A stretch of DNA of 34,175 nt from an uncultured Rhodobacterales bacterium (GTDB lineage Bacteria > Pseudomonadota > Alphaproteobacteria > Rhodobacterales > Rhodobacteraceae). Location of the stretch: positions 1 through 34,175 of the forward strand of contig CAZCOX010000007.1 of assembly GCA_964500115.1 (NCBI GenBank), given 5' to 3'. Under the pieces are notes generated by a model. It did not search any database. It worked only from the letters and a program-made list of their open reading frames with translations, and was not told the origin of the DNA. Positions 10,327 to 19,661 of the stretch are shown here, piece after piece. Each line of letters opens with the position of its first letter. Position 1 is the stretch's first letter. The position numbers were made by a program, and so were the translations under genes.

Positions 10327-11208
10327 ATGCGACGCGTGATCCGGTGGGCCGTTTTTCTGATTGTGGTCGGCGTACCGACCGCATGGTTCATCACACGCGC
10401 GTCGCCACTGGACGCAGAAGGTCTTGCATCGCTAGACGGTGACGCGGCGCGGGGCGAGCAGGTGTTTGTCGCTGCTGGTTGCGCGTCCTGCCACTATGCG
10501 CCCGATGCCGAGGATGACGCAAAGCTGATCCTGGCGGGTGGGCAGCGTTTTGCATCTGATTTTGGCACGTTTGTTGCGCCGAATATTTCGCCTGACCCTA
10601 ATGCAGGGATCGGGTCCTGGTCACTGGCGGAGTTTGTATCGGCTGTCAAAGCCGGTGTTTCGCCGGACGGTCAGCATTACTATCCCGCTTTCCCTTACGC
10701 ATCGTATAACAAGATGACCGACGCGGATGTGGTAGACTTGTGGGCTTTCTGGCAATCGCTGCCCGCTGATGCGACACCCAGCCAGCCACATGAGTTAAGC
10801 TTTCCGTTCAACATCCGGCGCTCGGTTTGGGGATGGAAGTTTCTGTATCTGAATGACGATTGGGTTATGACGGACACCGCGACAGACGAGATCGAACGCG
10901 GGCGCTATCTGGTTGAAGCCTTGGCACATTGTGGCGAATGCCATACGTCGCGCACGGCCTTAGGGGGATTGGATCGGTCAAACTGGCTGGCCGGTGCGCC
11001 AAATCCGTCCGGTCGCGGCCGCATTCCAACCTTGGCGCCGGATGAGTTTACCTGGCCCGCCGAAGACATCGCCTATTATCTTGAAACAGGCTTCACGCCC
11101 GACTTTGACAGCGTCGGCGGGCACATGGCGGCGGTTGTAACGAATTTTTCGAAACTGCCCGCAAGTGATCGCGAGGCTGTGGCGGCGTATATCAAGGCGT
11201 TGCCCTGA
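10327..11208 (+). CDS. Membrane-anchored diheme cytochrome c
   Basis: N-terminal TM helix; two CxxCH motifs (CASCH, CGECH); APNISPD, YYPAFPY and RGRYLV motifs like gluconate/alcohol dehydrogenase cytochrome subunits. Confidence 0.9.
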   Translation: MRRVIRWAVFLIVVGVPTAWFITRASPLDAEGLASLDGDAARGEQVFVAAGCASCHYAPDAEDDAKLILAGGQRFASDFGTFVAPNISPDPNAGIGSWSLAEFVSAVKAGVSPDGQHYYPAFPYASYNKMTDADVVDLWAFWQSLPADATPSQPHELSFPFNIRRSVWGWKFLYLNDDWVMTDTATDEIERGRYLVEALAHCGECHTSRTALGGLDRSNWLAGAPNPSGRGRIPTLAPDEFTWPAEDIAYYLETGFTPDFDSVGGHMAAVVTNFSKLPASDREAVAAYIKALP

Positions 11209-11211
11209 GAC

Positions 11212-12165
11212 TTACGCCTTTGCCAGTTTCGCTTCACGGTTGGCGCGCAGGCGGGCGAAGTCGTCACCTGCGTGGTAGGACGACCGTGTGAGTGGCGTGG
11301 CAGAGACCATCAGGAACCCCTTGCCAAACGCCGCTTTCTCGTAGCTCGCGAATTCCTCAGGCGTCACAAAACGATCCACGGCGTGGTGCTTGGGGGTGGG
11401 CTGCAGATACTGGCCGATGGTCAGAAAATCGATATCGGCGGCGCGCATGTCTTCCATGACCTGAATAACCGCTTGCCGGTCTTCGCCAAGCCCCACCATG
11501 ATGCCGGATTTGGTAAAGATCGACGGATCAATCTCTTTCACCCGCTGCAAGAGGCGCAGCGAATGGAAATACCGCGCGCCGGGGCGCACTTCGGGGTAAA
11601 GGCCCGGGACGGTTTCCAGGTTGTGGTTAAACACATCCGGCTTGGCTGCGACCACGACTTCAAGCGCCGAGTCGTCACAGCGGATGAAGTCAGGTGTCAG
11701 AATTTCAATCGTGGTGTTCGGAGACCGATGACGAATGGCACGGATGGTTTGCGCAAAGTGTTCAGCACCGCCGTCCGCAATGTCATCGCGGTCGACTGAT
11801 GTGACCACAACATGGTTCAGGCCCAGCTTGTCGACCGCGTGTGCAACACGGCCGGGTTCAAACGGATCAAGGTCTTCGGGCGGTTTACCAGTGGCAATGT
11901 TGCAGAACGTGCAGGCGCGTGTGCAGACGTCGCCCATGATCATCATCGTGGCGTGGCCCTGGCTCCAGCATTCGCCGGCGTTGGGGCAGCCTGCCTCTTC
12001 ACATACAGTGACCAATCGGTTCTCGCGCATGATGCGGCGGGTTTCGTTGTACCCTTCGCCCGTAGGCGCCTTCACACGGATCCAGCTTGGCTTTTTCGGC
12101 TGGGCGTTGTCCGGTCTATGCGCTTTCTCAGGGTGGCGCTGTTCGGGTATCTTGATGTCACGCAA
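11212..12165 (-). CDS. lipA: Lipoyl synthase
   Basis: [12 protein letters not shown] auxiliary-cluster motif, CTRACTFC radical SAM motif, RSSYHA. Confidence 0.97.
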   Translation of the reverse strand: MRDIKIPEQRHPEKAHRPDNAQPKKPSWIRVKAPTGEGYNETRRIMRENRLVTVCEEAGCPNAGECWSQGHATMMIMGDVCTRACTFCNIATGKPPEDLDPFEPGRVAHAVDKLGLNHVVVTSVDRDDIADGGAEHFAQTIRAIRHRSPNTTIEILTPDFIRCDDSALEVVVAAKPDVFNHNLETVPGLYPEVRPGARYFHSLRLLQRVKEIDPSIFTKSGIMVGLGEDRQAVIQVMEDMRAADIDFLTIGQYLQPTPKHHAVDRFVTPEEFASYEKAAFGKGFLMVSATPLTRSSYHAGDDFARLRANREAKLAKA

Positions 12166-12311
12166 CGGTTTTTCCCCGCAAACTCAGGTTTCCTGTGCTC
12201 TACCATAATTATCAGCAGGAGGTAGTACCAGTGTTGCATAGCCGCATTGCGGTTATCAAATTCCCATCTGTAACGAGTACCTCCTGCACCCAACCCTTGC
12301 GCAGCCTATGG

Positions 12312-13340
12312 TCACCCAATCCAGGCGCTGTCCTCGGTCAGGATGGATTTGTAGAACTGGCACAGACGTTGAAGCGCGATGCGCAACACAACTTTTCCCG
12401 ACCGGGCCGACCATCCCATACGTTTTTCGGTCGCCTCTAGCCCCTCGCGTAGGCAACAGCAGCTGAGCACAACGTCACTTAGCCCCGGGCCAAGGTCTTT
12501 GATTGCGTCAAGCGTGCGATAGACCGCGGCGCTGTGGCGGACATCCATCGTTTTGGCAGCCGCGTAGTGGCGGTCAAGCGCCTCGGGCGTTTCCCATCCG
12601 ATCAGCTCGGCGTCTTCAAAGCCCGCCAATGTGAAATCTTCGAACAGTCGCTCGCCAGCCTCAACATGTTCGGATTTCAGAAACGGTTTGCCATCGACCC
12701 CACGGCGGCGCGCCAGGGTTGCCAGCGGGCTTTCAAATCCGGGGCCGTTGGAAACGGATCGATCTCTGGACCGTCTGTCTGGCACGTCGTCAGTGAATGC
12801 CGTTGTTTCTCCATCACCTTTCGCCGCCTCAACATCTTGAAGCGCCACGAGTTTTGGCAATTGCGACCGGCCTTCATTGGTGATGCCGTAGCGCAGAACG
12901 GACGTGCCGCCGCTTGCGGTCATCCAATTGCGCAAGACAAGCCCTGCCGCAAGCGCAACAGGCACGGTGCAAAGCACCTGTGCGTCGCCCTCATCGCGCG
13001 TTTGCACGATGGCCGGTTGCTGGGCGTCCGCACTGTAAAGCAGCATCGCGCCGGGTTTGCACAGCTGCCGCAGCGCGTCTGTCATGGATTGCAGCGGGGA
13101 CGTGTCTGAATTTGAGCGTCCTGCATCATCGCTGTTCAACGCGCGATCTACCAAAGGATCTTCGCGTTGGCCTTCCAGCTTTCGGATTTGGCGCAGAACG
13201 GTTGATGCATGTAGACCGACGTCGCGGGCAATTTCCCGGATTGGTTTGCCGCTAAGCGTGTGCGACAGATAGCGGTGTGCGGTTTCGGGCAAAAACTGCG
13301 TGATGTCTTGGTGCAGTTTCGTGCAGGTCAAGTCGGTCAT
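12312..13340 (-). CDS. gafA: GTA activation factor GafA homologue (N-terminal HTH, C-terminal DUF6456)
   Basis: N-terminal IREIARDVGLHASTVLRQIRKLE..REDPLVD; ESPLATLARRR..GKPFL..AGERL; C-terminal LGPGLSDVVLSCCCLREGLEATEKRMGWSARSGKVVLRIALQRL. Sits between lipA and guaA, the conserved synteny of R. capsulatus gafA (rcc01865). ATG 13340 chosen over TTG/GTG upstream. Confidence 0.85.
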   Translation of the reverse strand: MTDLTCTKLHQDITQFLPETAHRYLSHTLSGKPIREIARDVGLHASTVLRQIRKLEGQREDPLVDRALNSDDAGRSNSDTSPLQSMTDALRQLCKPGAMLLYSADAQQPAIVQTRDEGDAQVLCTVPVALAAGLVLRNWMTASGGTSVLRYGITNEGRSQLPKLVALQDVEAAKGDGETTAFTDDVPDRRSRDRSVSNGPGFESPLATLARRRGVDGKPFLKSEHVEAGERLFEDFTLAGFEDAELIGWETPEALDRHYAAAKTMDVRHSAAVYRTLDAIKDLGPGLSDVVLSCCCLREGLEATEKRMGWSARSGKVVLRIALQRLCQFYKSILTEDSAWIG

Positions 13341-13381
13341 CGGTTTCCCCAATCTTAGGTCTTTCAAATCTATCCCCAGGT

Positions 13382-13390
13382 TTATCCACA
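13382..13390 (+). promoter_or_regulatory. Perfect DnaA box (TTATCCACA) in the gafA upstream region
   Basis: Exact 9-mer consensus about 40 bp upstream of the gafA ATG. Function unverified. Confidence 0.4.
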
Positions 13391-13428
13391 GACAAAACAC
13401 AACCTAAGATTGCATTTATTTCTGATTT

Positions 13429-13500
13429 GTTAACTTTTGGCGATAATTTCTCTTTCTGTTTCCAATATGTAAACAATCATGAACACCACCGTACGGTTAA
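13429..13500. promoter_or_regulatory. Candidate CtrA half-sites and degenerate site in the gafA/gafB divergent promoter
   Basis: GTTAAC 13429-13434, GTAA-N7-TGAAC 13469-13484 and GGTTAA 13495-13500 in an AT-rich intergenic region. gafA is CtrA-controlled in R. capsulatus. No perfect TTAA-N7-TTAA is present. Confidence 0.4.
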
Positions 13501-13578
13501 GTTGACACTGCGCAACACCCGCAAAGGTTGTGTAACGTTTGCGAGACACTTTCTGCTGACTCGCAAATGGGGATATCT

Positions 13579-13881
13579 ATGCAAGACTTGCTTTCACAGC
13601 TGAACACACTGCGCCGTCCACGGCTTTTGATCCGGACTGCCAGGATCGCTGCAAGCGACTTTCGCCGCGAGGCACGGTTGCCACGGCTGCTTGGCTATGG
13701 CGCACCGCAAAAATCCGGCGCGATTTTGATGCGTCTGATGGCGATGGAGGGCGAGATTAACGACAAGCGCGTCTCGGGCGACGCCGGATACCGCGTTGTC
13801 GATCATGTTGAGGTGCTGACCGCCATCATGTCAGAGGCGGAATTGCTGCGTGCTCAGACCCGCGCCGTGCACGCAGTGTGA
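13579..13881 (+). CDS. DUF6477 family protein, rcc01866 (GafB)-like GTA-associated factor
   Basis: MQDLLSQLNTLRRPRLLIRTAR...Y....HVEVLTAIMSE; small gene divergent from gafA, as in R. capsulatus. Confidence 0.8.
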   Translation: MQDLLSQLNTLRRPRLLIRTARIAASDFRREARLPRLLGYGAPQKSGAILMRLMAMEGEINDKRVSGDAGYRVVDHVEVLTAIMSEAELLRAQTRAVHAV

Positions 13882-13884
13882 TAT

Positions 13885-15429
13885 CTACATAAAGCTGTCT
13901 GGCATTGAGGCCTTCTTTTCAGCCACATAGGCTTTCAGCGCCTCGGCAATAGCTGGGTCAAGCGCAGGTTGTTGGTAGGTCTCCAACATCCGCTTGACCC
14001 GCTCACCCGCCAGCGCCATCGTATCGCGCGCGCCCTCTTCGAACCATGTCTCGAAAGGTTTGAAGTCAAACACTTCGGACCGCCAGAACGCCGATTTGAA
14101 GTTGGCCTGCGTGTGGGCACAGCCCAGGAAGTGACCGCCCGGCCCGACCTCTTCCAATGCGTCCATCGCTTGGGCCTCAGCATCAACGGCCACACCTTGG
14201 GCCATCTTGTGGAGTGTGCCAAGCTGGTCGGCATCCATGACAAACTTCTCGAAAGACGAGACCAGTCCGCCTTCCAGCCAGCCGCAGGAGTGTAGCATGA
14301 AGTTGACACCCGACAGCAAACCCATGTTCAGGCTGTTGGCCGTCTCGTAAGCCGCTTGCGCGTCTGGGAGCTTGGAGCCGGTAAAACTACCCGCAGAGCG
14401 GAACGGCAGGCCAAGACGGCGGGCCAACTGCCCGGCCCCATAGGTGATCTGGCTGGCCTCTGGTGTGCCGAATGTGGGTGCCCCGGAGTTCATGTCGATG
14501 GACGTCACAAACGCCCCAAAGATCACAGGCGCGCCGGGGCGGATCAACTGGCTGTAGGCGATTCCGGCCAGGACTTCGGCCAGAACTTGGGTCAAGGTGC
14601 CCGCAACTGAAACAGGCGCCATTGCGCCGCCGACGATAAACGGGCTGACGATGCAGGCCTGGTTGTTCTTGGCGTAGACTTCCAGCGCGCCCATCATCAC
14701 GTCATCAAAGGTCAACGGCGAGTTGATGTTGATGAGCGATGTCATCACCGTATTCTCCTGAACGAAGTCTTTTCCGAACAGAATTTCGCACATCTCAACG
14801 CTGTCTTGGGCGCGGCTGGGTTCGGTGACGGACCCCATGAACGGTTTGTCGCTGAGCGTCATATGCGCCTTGAGCATGTCCAGATGGCGCTTGTTCACCG
14901 GCACATCCGTGGGCTCACACACCGTGCCGCCCGAATGGTGCAACCATTTGGACATGTAGCCCAGCTTCACGAATTTTTCGAAATCGGCCATGGTCGCGTA
15001 GCGGCGGCCACCCTCGGCGTCATGCACAAAGGGTGGGCCGTAAACCGGGGCCAGGACGAGGTTCCGCCCACCGATCTCGACCGAGCGCGCAGGGTTGCGG
15101 GCGTGCTGCGTAAAGGTCTTGGGTGCGGTGCGGCACAGTTTGCGCGCCAAGCCACGCGGGATACGCACGCGTTCGCCGTCGATCTCGGCACCCGCTTCGC
15201 GCCAGCGTTCAAGCGCCGCGGGATTGTTGACAAAATTCACGCCAATGTCGGCGAGCACGGTTTCTGCGTTGGTTTCGATGATCTCGATCGCCTCTTCATT
15301 GAGGATCTCGAAATTCGGGATATTGCGCTCGATGTACTTGGCGGTTTCGACCGACACAGCCGTGCGCTCTGCCCGGCGCGCCGCGCCACCGCCGCCACGG
15401 GACCGTCTGCGTGTTGCTGCTTCTGCCAT
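13885..15429 (-). CDS. Trimethylamine methyltransferase (MttB) family, non-pyrrolysine
   Basis: RRRSRGGGGAARRA N-terminus, APVYGPPFV, NINSPL, GAMAPVS, GAPTFGTPE, SKLPDAQA, GWLEGGL, VGPGGHFLG; no in-frame amber codon. Confidence 0.9.
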   Translation of the reverse strand: MAEAATRRRSRGGGGAARRAERTAVSVETAKYIERNIPNFEILNEEAIEIIETNAETVLADIGVNFVNNPAALERWREAGAEIDGERVRIPRGLARKLCRTAPKTFTQHARNPARSVEIGGRNLVLAPVYGPPFVHDAEGGRRYATMADFEKFVKLGYMSKWLHHSGGTVCEPTDVPVNKRHLDMLKAHMTLSDKPFMGSVTEPSRAQDSVEMCEILFGKDFVQENTVMTSLININSPLTFDDVMMGALEVYAKNNQACIVSPFIVGGAMAPVSVAGTLTQVLAEVLAGIAYSQLIRPGAPVIFGAFVTSIDMNSGAPTFGTPEASQITYGAGQLARRLGLPFRSAGSFTGSKLPDAQAAYETANSLNMGLLSGVNFMLHSCGWLEGGLVSSFEKFVMDADQLGTLHKMAQGVAVDAEAQAMDALEEVGPGGHFLGCAHTQANFKSAFWRSEVFDFKPFETWFEEGARDTMALAGERVKRMLETYQQPALDPAIAEALKAYVAEKKASMPDSFM

Positions 15430-15546
15430 GTTTCATCCCCCTCAAAGGACACCCGTTGCGGGCCGTTGCCCCGCTTCATACAGCCACGTTTCGCATCCCT
15501 TCGGGCCGATTGCGCCTTTTGAGACGGGATTGCGACATTGCCCGCG

Positions 15547-16350
15547 TCAAAAAACGCGGAAGCTGGCCACAAACGGCAGGTGATCCGAAACCGTATCCTT
15601 GAATTTCTCGCGTCCCATATCGAGCGTCCAGTGCATGGGAAACAATCGCAATGACCCGCGTACGTAGTCCCGCGAAAACGTGCGACTGACCGCAAAGCCG
15701 TCAAGCAGATTGGCGCGGCCTGCGTCGAGGATGTGGCTGAATCTATCTTGCAAATCCCAGCAACTCACAAAATCCATCAGGTCCTCGCCACCCAGATGGT
15801 GGAAATTCGACACGTCCTGCCCCGGGATCATGTTAAAATCGCCCATCAGCAGCAGCGTTCGCGTTTTGAATGGCGAGGTGTTGCGCAGGTCTGTCAGGTA
15901 GGTGCCAATCGCTTTGCATTGCGAATCCCTAAGGCTTTGATCCGGGCCATCCCGCCCCGATTTCAGGTGCACGCCGATAAGCACGGCTCGCAAGCGCCCG
16001 ATTTCGACATCAGCGCGTACCGCCATGCGGCCGTTCGCGTAGTCTCCCTGCGAGCCCGGCACAAACTGCACGTTCGATACGTCAACGCCATCCTTGTGCA
16101 GAAAACCGATGTTCAGAGAACTGTTGGGTTGCTGCAAAATCGCCGCCTGATAGGTCAGCCCATAATGCTGCAACTCGGCTGCCAGATCATGGATCAGCGA
16201 GAGCGGGTTGACCTCGACCAGCGTCACCAGTTCCGCATCGAGCAACGCCAGACCGAGCGCCTGTTGCCGCATCCGGTCGGCGGGCACCCCGCCAAACCCT
16301 GCAAGGTTCCAGACGGCGACGCGCGCCAACGAGTGTTTGAAGGTCACCAT
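15547..16350 (-). CDS. Endonuclease/exonuclease/phosphatase (DNase I-like) family protein
   Basis: VAVWNL, LVEV, GVHLKS, LLMGDFN, LLDGF and SDHLP catalytic motifs; no signal peptide. Confidence 0.85.
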   Translation of the reverse strand: MVTFKHSLARVAVWNLAGFGGVPADRMRQQALGLALLDAELVTLVEVNPLSLIHDLAAELQHYGLTYQAAILQQPNSSLNIGFLHKDGVDVSNVQFVPGSQGDYANGRMAVRADVEIGRLRAVLIGVHLKSGRDGPDQSLRDSQCKAIGTYLTDLRNTSPFKTRTLLLMGDFNMIPGQDVSNFHHLGGEDLMDFVSCWDLQDRFSHILDAGRANLLDGFAVSRTFSRDYVRGSLRLFPMHWTLDMGREKFKDTVSDHLPFVASFRVF

Positions 16351-16460
16351 AAGTCATCTCCCGATCAAGATTGCGTCTAGCCTATCTACGAATCGAGCTT
16401 GCAGACTGTGAATTCGCTGTGACGACTTGCGCTTGAAAGGGTGCCAAAGTAACTGGACGC

Positions 16461-18032
16461 ATGACGACGACATCCCATGACCGCCTCTTGATCATCGATT
16501 TCGGCAGCCAGGTGACGCAGCTGATTGCGCGCCGGTTGCGAGAGCTGTCGGTGTATTGCGAAATCCACCCATATCAGAACGTGACAGAGGCGTTTCTGAA
16601 AGAGTTTGCGCCGAAAGCGATCATCTTTTCCGGAGGCCCGGACAGCGTGATGCGCGACGGGTCTCCGCGCCCGCCGAAAGCAGCATACGAGATGGGCGTG
16701 CCGATCCTTGGCATTTGTTATGGCCAGCAGGTCATGATGCATGATCTGGGAGGCAAGGTTGAGGCCGGAGAACATGCCACAGCAGAGTTCGGACGTGCCT
16801 ATGTGACACCGTCAGACGCGCGCGATGCGTTGTTGCAGGGTTGGTTCATTGACGGTTCTGGCCGCGAACAGGTTTGGATGAGCCACGGCGATCATGTGTC
16901 CGAAATCGCACCGGGTTTCGAAGTTCTCGGCACATCGCCCGGCGCACCTTTTGCGATCACGGCAGACACAGCGCGTCACTTCTACGCGGTGCAGTTCCAC
17001 CCCGAAGTGCATCACACGCCAAACGGCAAAACGCTGTACGAAAACTTCGTCAAGCTGGCGGGCTTCGAAGGCGACTGGACGATGGGCGCCTATCGCGAGG
17101 AGGCCATTCGCAAGATCAAAGATCAGGTGGGCGACAAAAAGGTCATCTGCGCCCTGTCCGGCGGCGTCGATTCTTCTGTTGCCGCAGCATTGATCCACGA
17201 AGCGGTCGGCGATCAGCTGACCTGCGTGTTTGTCGACCATGGGTTGCTGCGCCTGAATGAGGCGGACGAAGTCGTTGGCATGTTCCGCGACCACATGAAC
17301 CTGCATGTGATCCACGCGCAGGAGCAGGATTTGTTTCTTGGCGAACTCGAAGGCCAATCCGACCCCGAAACCAAGCGCAAGATTATTGGCAAGCTTTTCA
17401 TCGACGTCTTCCAGAAGTACGCGAACGAGATCGATGGCGCGGAGTTTCTGGCGCAGGGCACACTTTACCCGGATGTGATCGAGTCGGTCAGCTTTAGCGG
17501 CGGACCGTCCGTCACAATCAAGTCGCACCACAACGTTGGCGGTTTGCCGGAAAAGATGGGGCTGAAACTGGTCGAGCCGTTGCGCGAACTGTTCAAAGAC
17601 GAGGTACGCGCCCTGGGTCGTGAACTTGGCCTGCCCGACAGCTTTATCGGGCGTCACCCCTTCCCCGGGCCCGGGTTGGCCATCCGCTGCCCCGGCGAGA
17701 TTACGCGCGAGAAACTTGAAATTTTGCGCAAGGCGGACGCGGTCTATATCGATCAGATCCGCAAGCACGGCCTTTACGATGAAATCTGGCAAGCCTTCGT
17801 GGCGATCCTGCCCGTGCGCACCGTTGGTGTGATGGGCGACGGGCGGACCTACGATTACGCCTGCGCGCTGCGCGCCGTCACAAGCGTAGACGGCATGACC
17901 GCGGACTATTATCCTTTCGACCACGATTTCCTTGGCGAGACCGCCACGCGGATCATCAATGAGGTCAAAGGTATCAATCGCGTCACGTACGACATCACAT
18001 CGAAACCTCCGGGGACGATCGAGTGGGAATAA
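16461..18032 (+). CDS. guaA: GMP synthase (glutamine-hydrolysing)
   Basis: [50 protein letters not shown]. Confidence 0.98.
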   Translation: MTTTSHDRLLIIDFGSQVTQLIARRLRELSVYCEIHPYQNVTEAFLKEFAPKAIIFSGGPDSVMRDGSPRPPKAAYEMGVPILGICYGQQVMMHDLGGKVEAGEHATAEFGRAYVTPSDARDALLQGWFIDGSGREQVWMSHGDHVSEIAPGFEVLGTSPGAPFAITADTARHFYAVQFHPEVHHTPNGKTLYENFVKLAGFEGDWTMGAYREEAIRKIKDQVGDKKVICALSGGVDSSVAAALIHEAVGDQLTCVFVDHGLLRLNEADEVVGMFRDHMNLHVIHAQEQDLFLGELEGQSDPETKRKIIGKLFIDVFQKYANEIDGAEFLAQGTLYPDVIESVSFSGGPSVTIKSHHNVGGLPEKMGLKLVEPLRELFKDEVRALGRELGLPDSFIGRHPFPGPGLAIRCPGEITREKLEILRKADAVYIDQIRKHGLYDEIWQAFVAILPVRTVGVMGDGRTYDYACALRAVTSVDGMTADYYPFDHDFLGETATRIINEVKGINRVTYDITSKPPGTIEWE

Positions 18033-18637
18033 AAGCGTCGATCCTTGCGGCATTGCTGATCGCCGGCCCGGTTTGGGCCGAACCCACCTATCATCGCGTC
18101 ACCGGTGTTGCGGCGGACGACACACTTAACATCCGCAGCGCCCCGTCGGCGGAGGCCGAAGATATTGGCGATCTGGCGTTTGATGCGCGCGCTATCGAAG
18201 TGATCACGTGGGACGAGACGGGAGACTGGGCGCAAATCGCCCTGAATGAACGGGACGGCTGGGTGGCGGCGCGGTTTCTGGAAGATGACGACGTGCCGAT
18301 GTTCAGCGACAGCGGCATTCCAAAGGGCTTGGTCTGCGGCGGCACAGAGCCGTTCTGGGCTTTGGGCCTTTACGATGTGGACGCGCGTTTTTCGCATCCG
18401 GAGGATGGGGAGTTCGACATGACACTGTCCACGGTTCAGGTCGCAGAAGGTCGCATGGGGCATCCTGCCTTTTTCGATCTGGCAGCCCCTGGCGGCCAGG
18501 CCAGCGTCGTGATTCAGGCCGATATCTGCAGCGATGGGATGAGCGACCGCAGCTACGGTTGGGCCGCGTTTATCCGAATGGTCACACCAGGAACCGAGCG
18601 TTTCCTAAGCGGGTGCTGTCACCTACCGCGCGACTGA
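18023..18637 (+). CDS. Exported SH3-domain/COG3650-like protein
   Basis: Signal peptide; [17 protein letters not shown]...GWVAARFL (bacterial SH3); CGGTEPFW and [10 protein letters not shown] motifs. Confidence 0.82.
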   Translation: MGIKASILAALLIAGPVWAEPTYHRVTGVAADDTLNIRSAPSAEAEDIGDLAFDARAIEVITWDETGDWAQIALNERDGWVAARFLEDDDVPMFSDSGIPKGLVCGGTEPFWALGLYDVDARFSHPEDGEFDMTLSTVQVAEGRMGHPAFFDLAAPGGQASVVIQADICSDGMSDRSYGWAAFIRMVTPGTERFLSGCCHLPRD

Positions 18638-18676
18638 TGTCGCCACCCTTTCCCGCTTACAAAGACCGTTACTGAT

Positions 18677-19540
18677 ATGAACATCTCTCCGACCGTGCGT
18701 GCCTGCATCTGGATGATTGGCGCCATTGTTTCGTTTACCGCCATGGCAATTGCAGGGCGGGCGGTGAGCTTTGAACTGGACACCTTTGAAATCATGCTGT
18801 TTCGCAGCCTGATCGGCATTGTCATTGTTGTCGTGGTTGCGTCACTTGCAGGCACCTTGCAAGAGGTGCGCGCGCAAAAACTAGGGCTGCATTTCATACG
18901 CAATGTCAGCCATTTTGCTGGACAAAACCTGTGGTTCTATTCGATTACGGTGATCCCGTTGGCACAGGTTTTCGCGCTGGAATTCACTTCGCCGGTTTGG
19001 GTGATGCTGCTGGCACCCTTGGTGTTGGGCGAAAAGCTGACCCGGTCGCAAGCGATCGCGGCGGTGATTGGATTTATTGGCATTCTGGTTGTCACGCGGC
19101 CCAGCCCGGAAACCTTTGAGTTCGGATTGCTGACAGCGGCACTGGCCGCAATCGGCTTTGCTGGCTCCGCAGTATTCACCCGCAAATTGACGCGTACTGA
19201 TACGATCACCTGCATCCTGTTCTACCTCACCGTGATGCAGGCCGGACTTGGCATGGCGTTTGCAGGCTTTGACGGCGATATCACCCTGCCCTCGGCCAGC
19301 AATTTGCCATGGATTGTGGTGATTGCGATTGCCGGGCTTGTCGCGCATTTCTGCCTGACCGTGGCTCTGTCGCTGGCGCCGGCGACGATTGTTATGCCCA
19401 TAGACTTCACCCGATTGCCGGTAATCGCGGTGGTTGGCGTGCTGCTTTATGCAGAGCCGTTGGACCCGTTTGTCTTGCTTGGTGCAGCGCTGATATTTGG
19501 TGCGAATTACTACAATATCTGGTCCAGCACGCGATCTTAA
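18677..19540 (+). CDS. DMT/EamA family transporter
   Basis: About 10 hydrophobic segments; FTSPVW, LGEKL, APAT..MPIDF.RLP. Confidence 0.9.
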   Translation: MNISPTVRACIWMIGAIVSFTAMAIAGRAVSFELDTFEIMLFRSLIGIVIVVVVASLAGTLQEVRAQKLGLHFIRNVSHFAGQNLWFYSITVIPLAQVFALEFTSPVWVMLLAPLVLGEKLTRSQAIAAVIGFIGILVVTRPSPETFEFGLLTAALAAIGFAGSAVFTRKLTRTDTITCILFYLTVMQAGLGMAFAGFDGDITLPSASNLPWIVVIAIAGLVAHFCLTVALSLAPATIVMPIDFTRLPVIAVVGVLLYAEPLDPFVLLGAALIFGANYYNIWSSTRS

Positions 19541-19661
19541 CAATTTTGTGACGCTGCGGCACAATGTCAAAGCTTACGCACGGTCAAAATTGACCCACAA
19601 ACCGCCTGTTTTGTACGCACATCCCGAAGAATACGCATAAAATTTCAGGGATGAGGGTCCG

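Noticed and set aside
13381-13560. AT-rich region with a DnaA box as a replication origin
   Set aside because: Only one DnaA box, and none of the genes typical of alphaproteobacterial oriC neighbourhoods (hemE, parAB, dnaA) are present.
17950-18100. Integrative element at the guaA 3' end
   Set aside because: No integrase, no duplicated guaA 3' end, and the next gene overlaps the guaA stop.
19547-19570. RegA/PrrA-like (GCGGC-N5-GTCAA) or CRP/FNR-like (TGTGA..GCACA) site upstream of the FadL-like gene
   Set aside because: Two mismatches or wrong spacing, and such degenerate GC-rich motifs arise often by chance.
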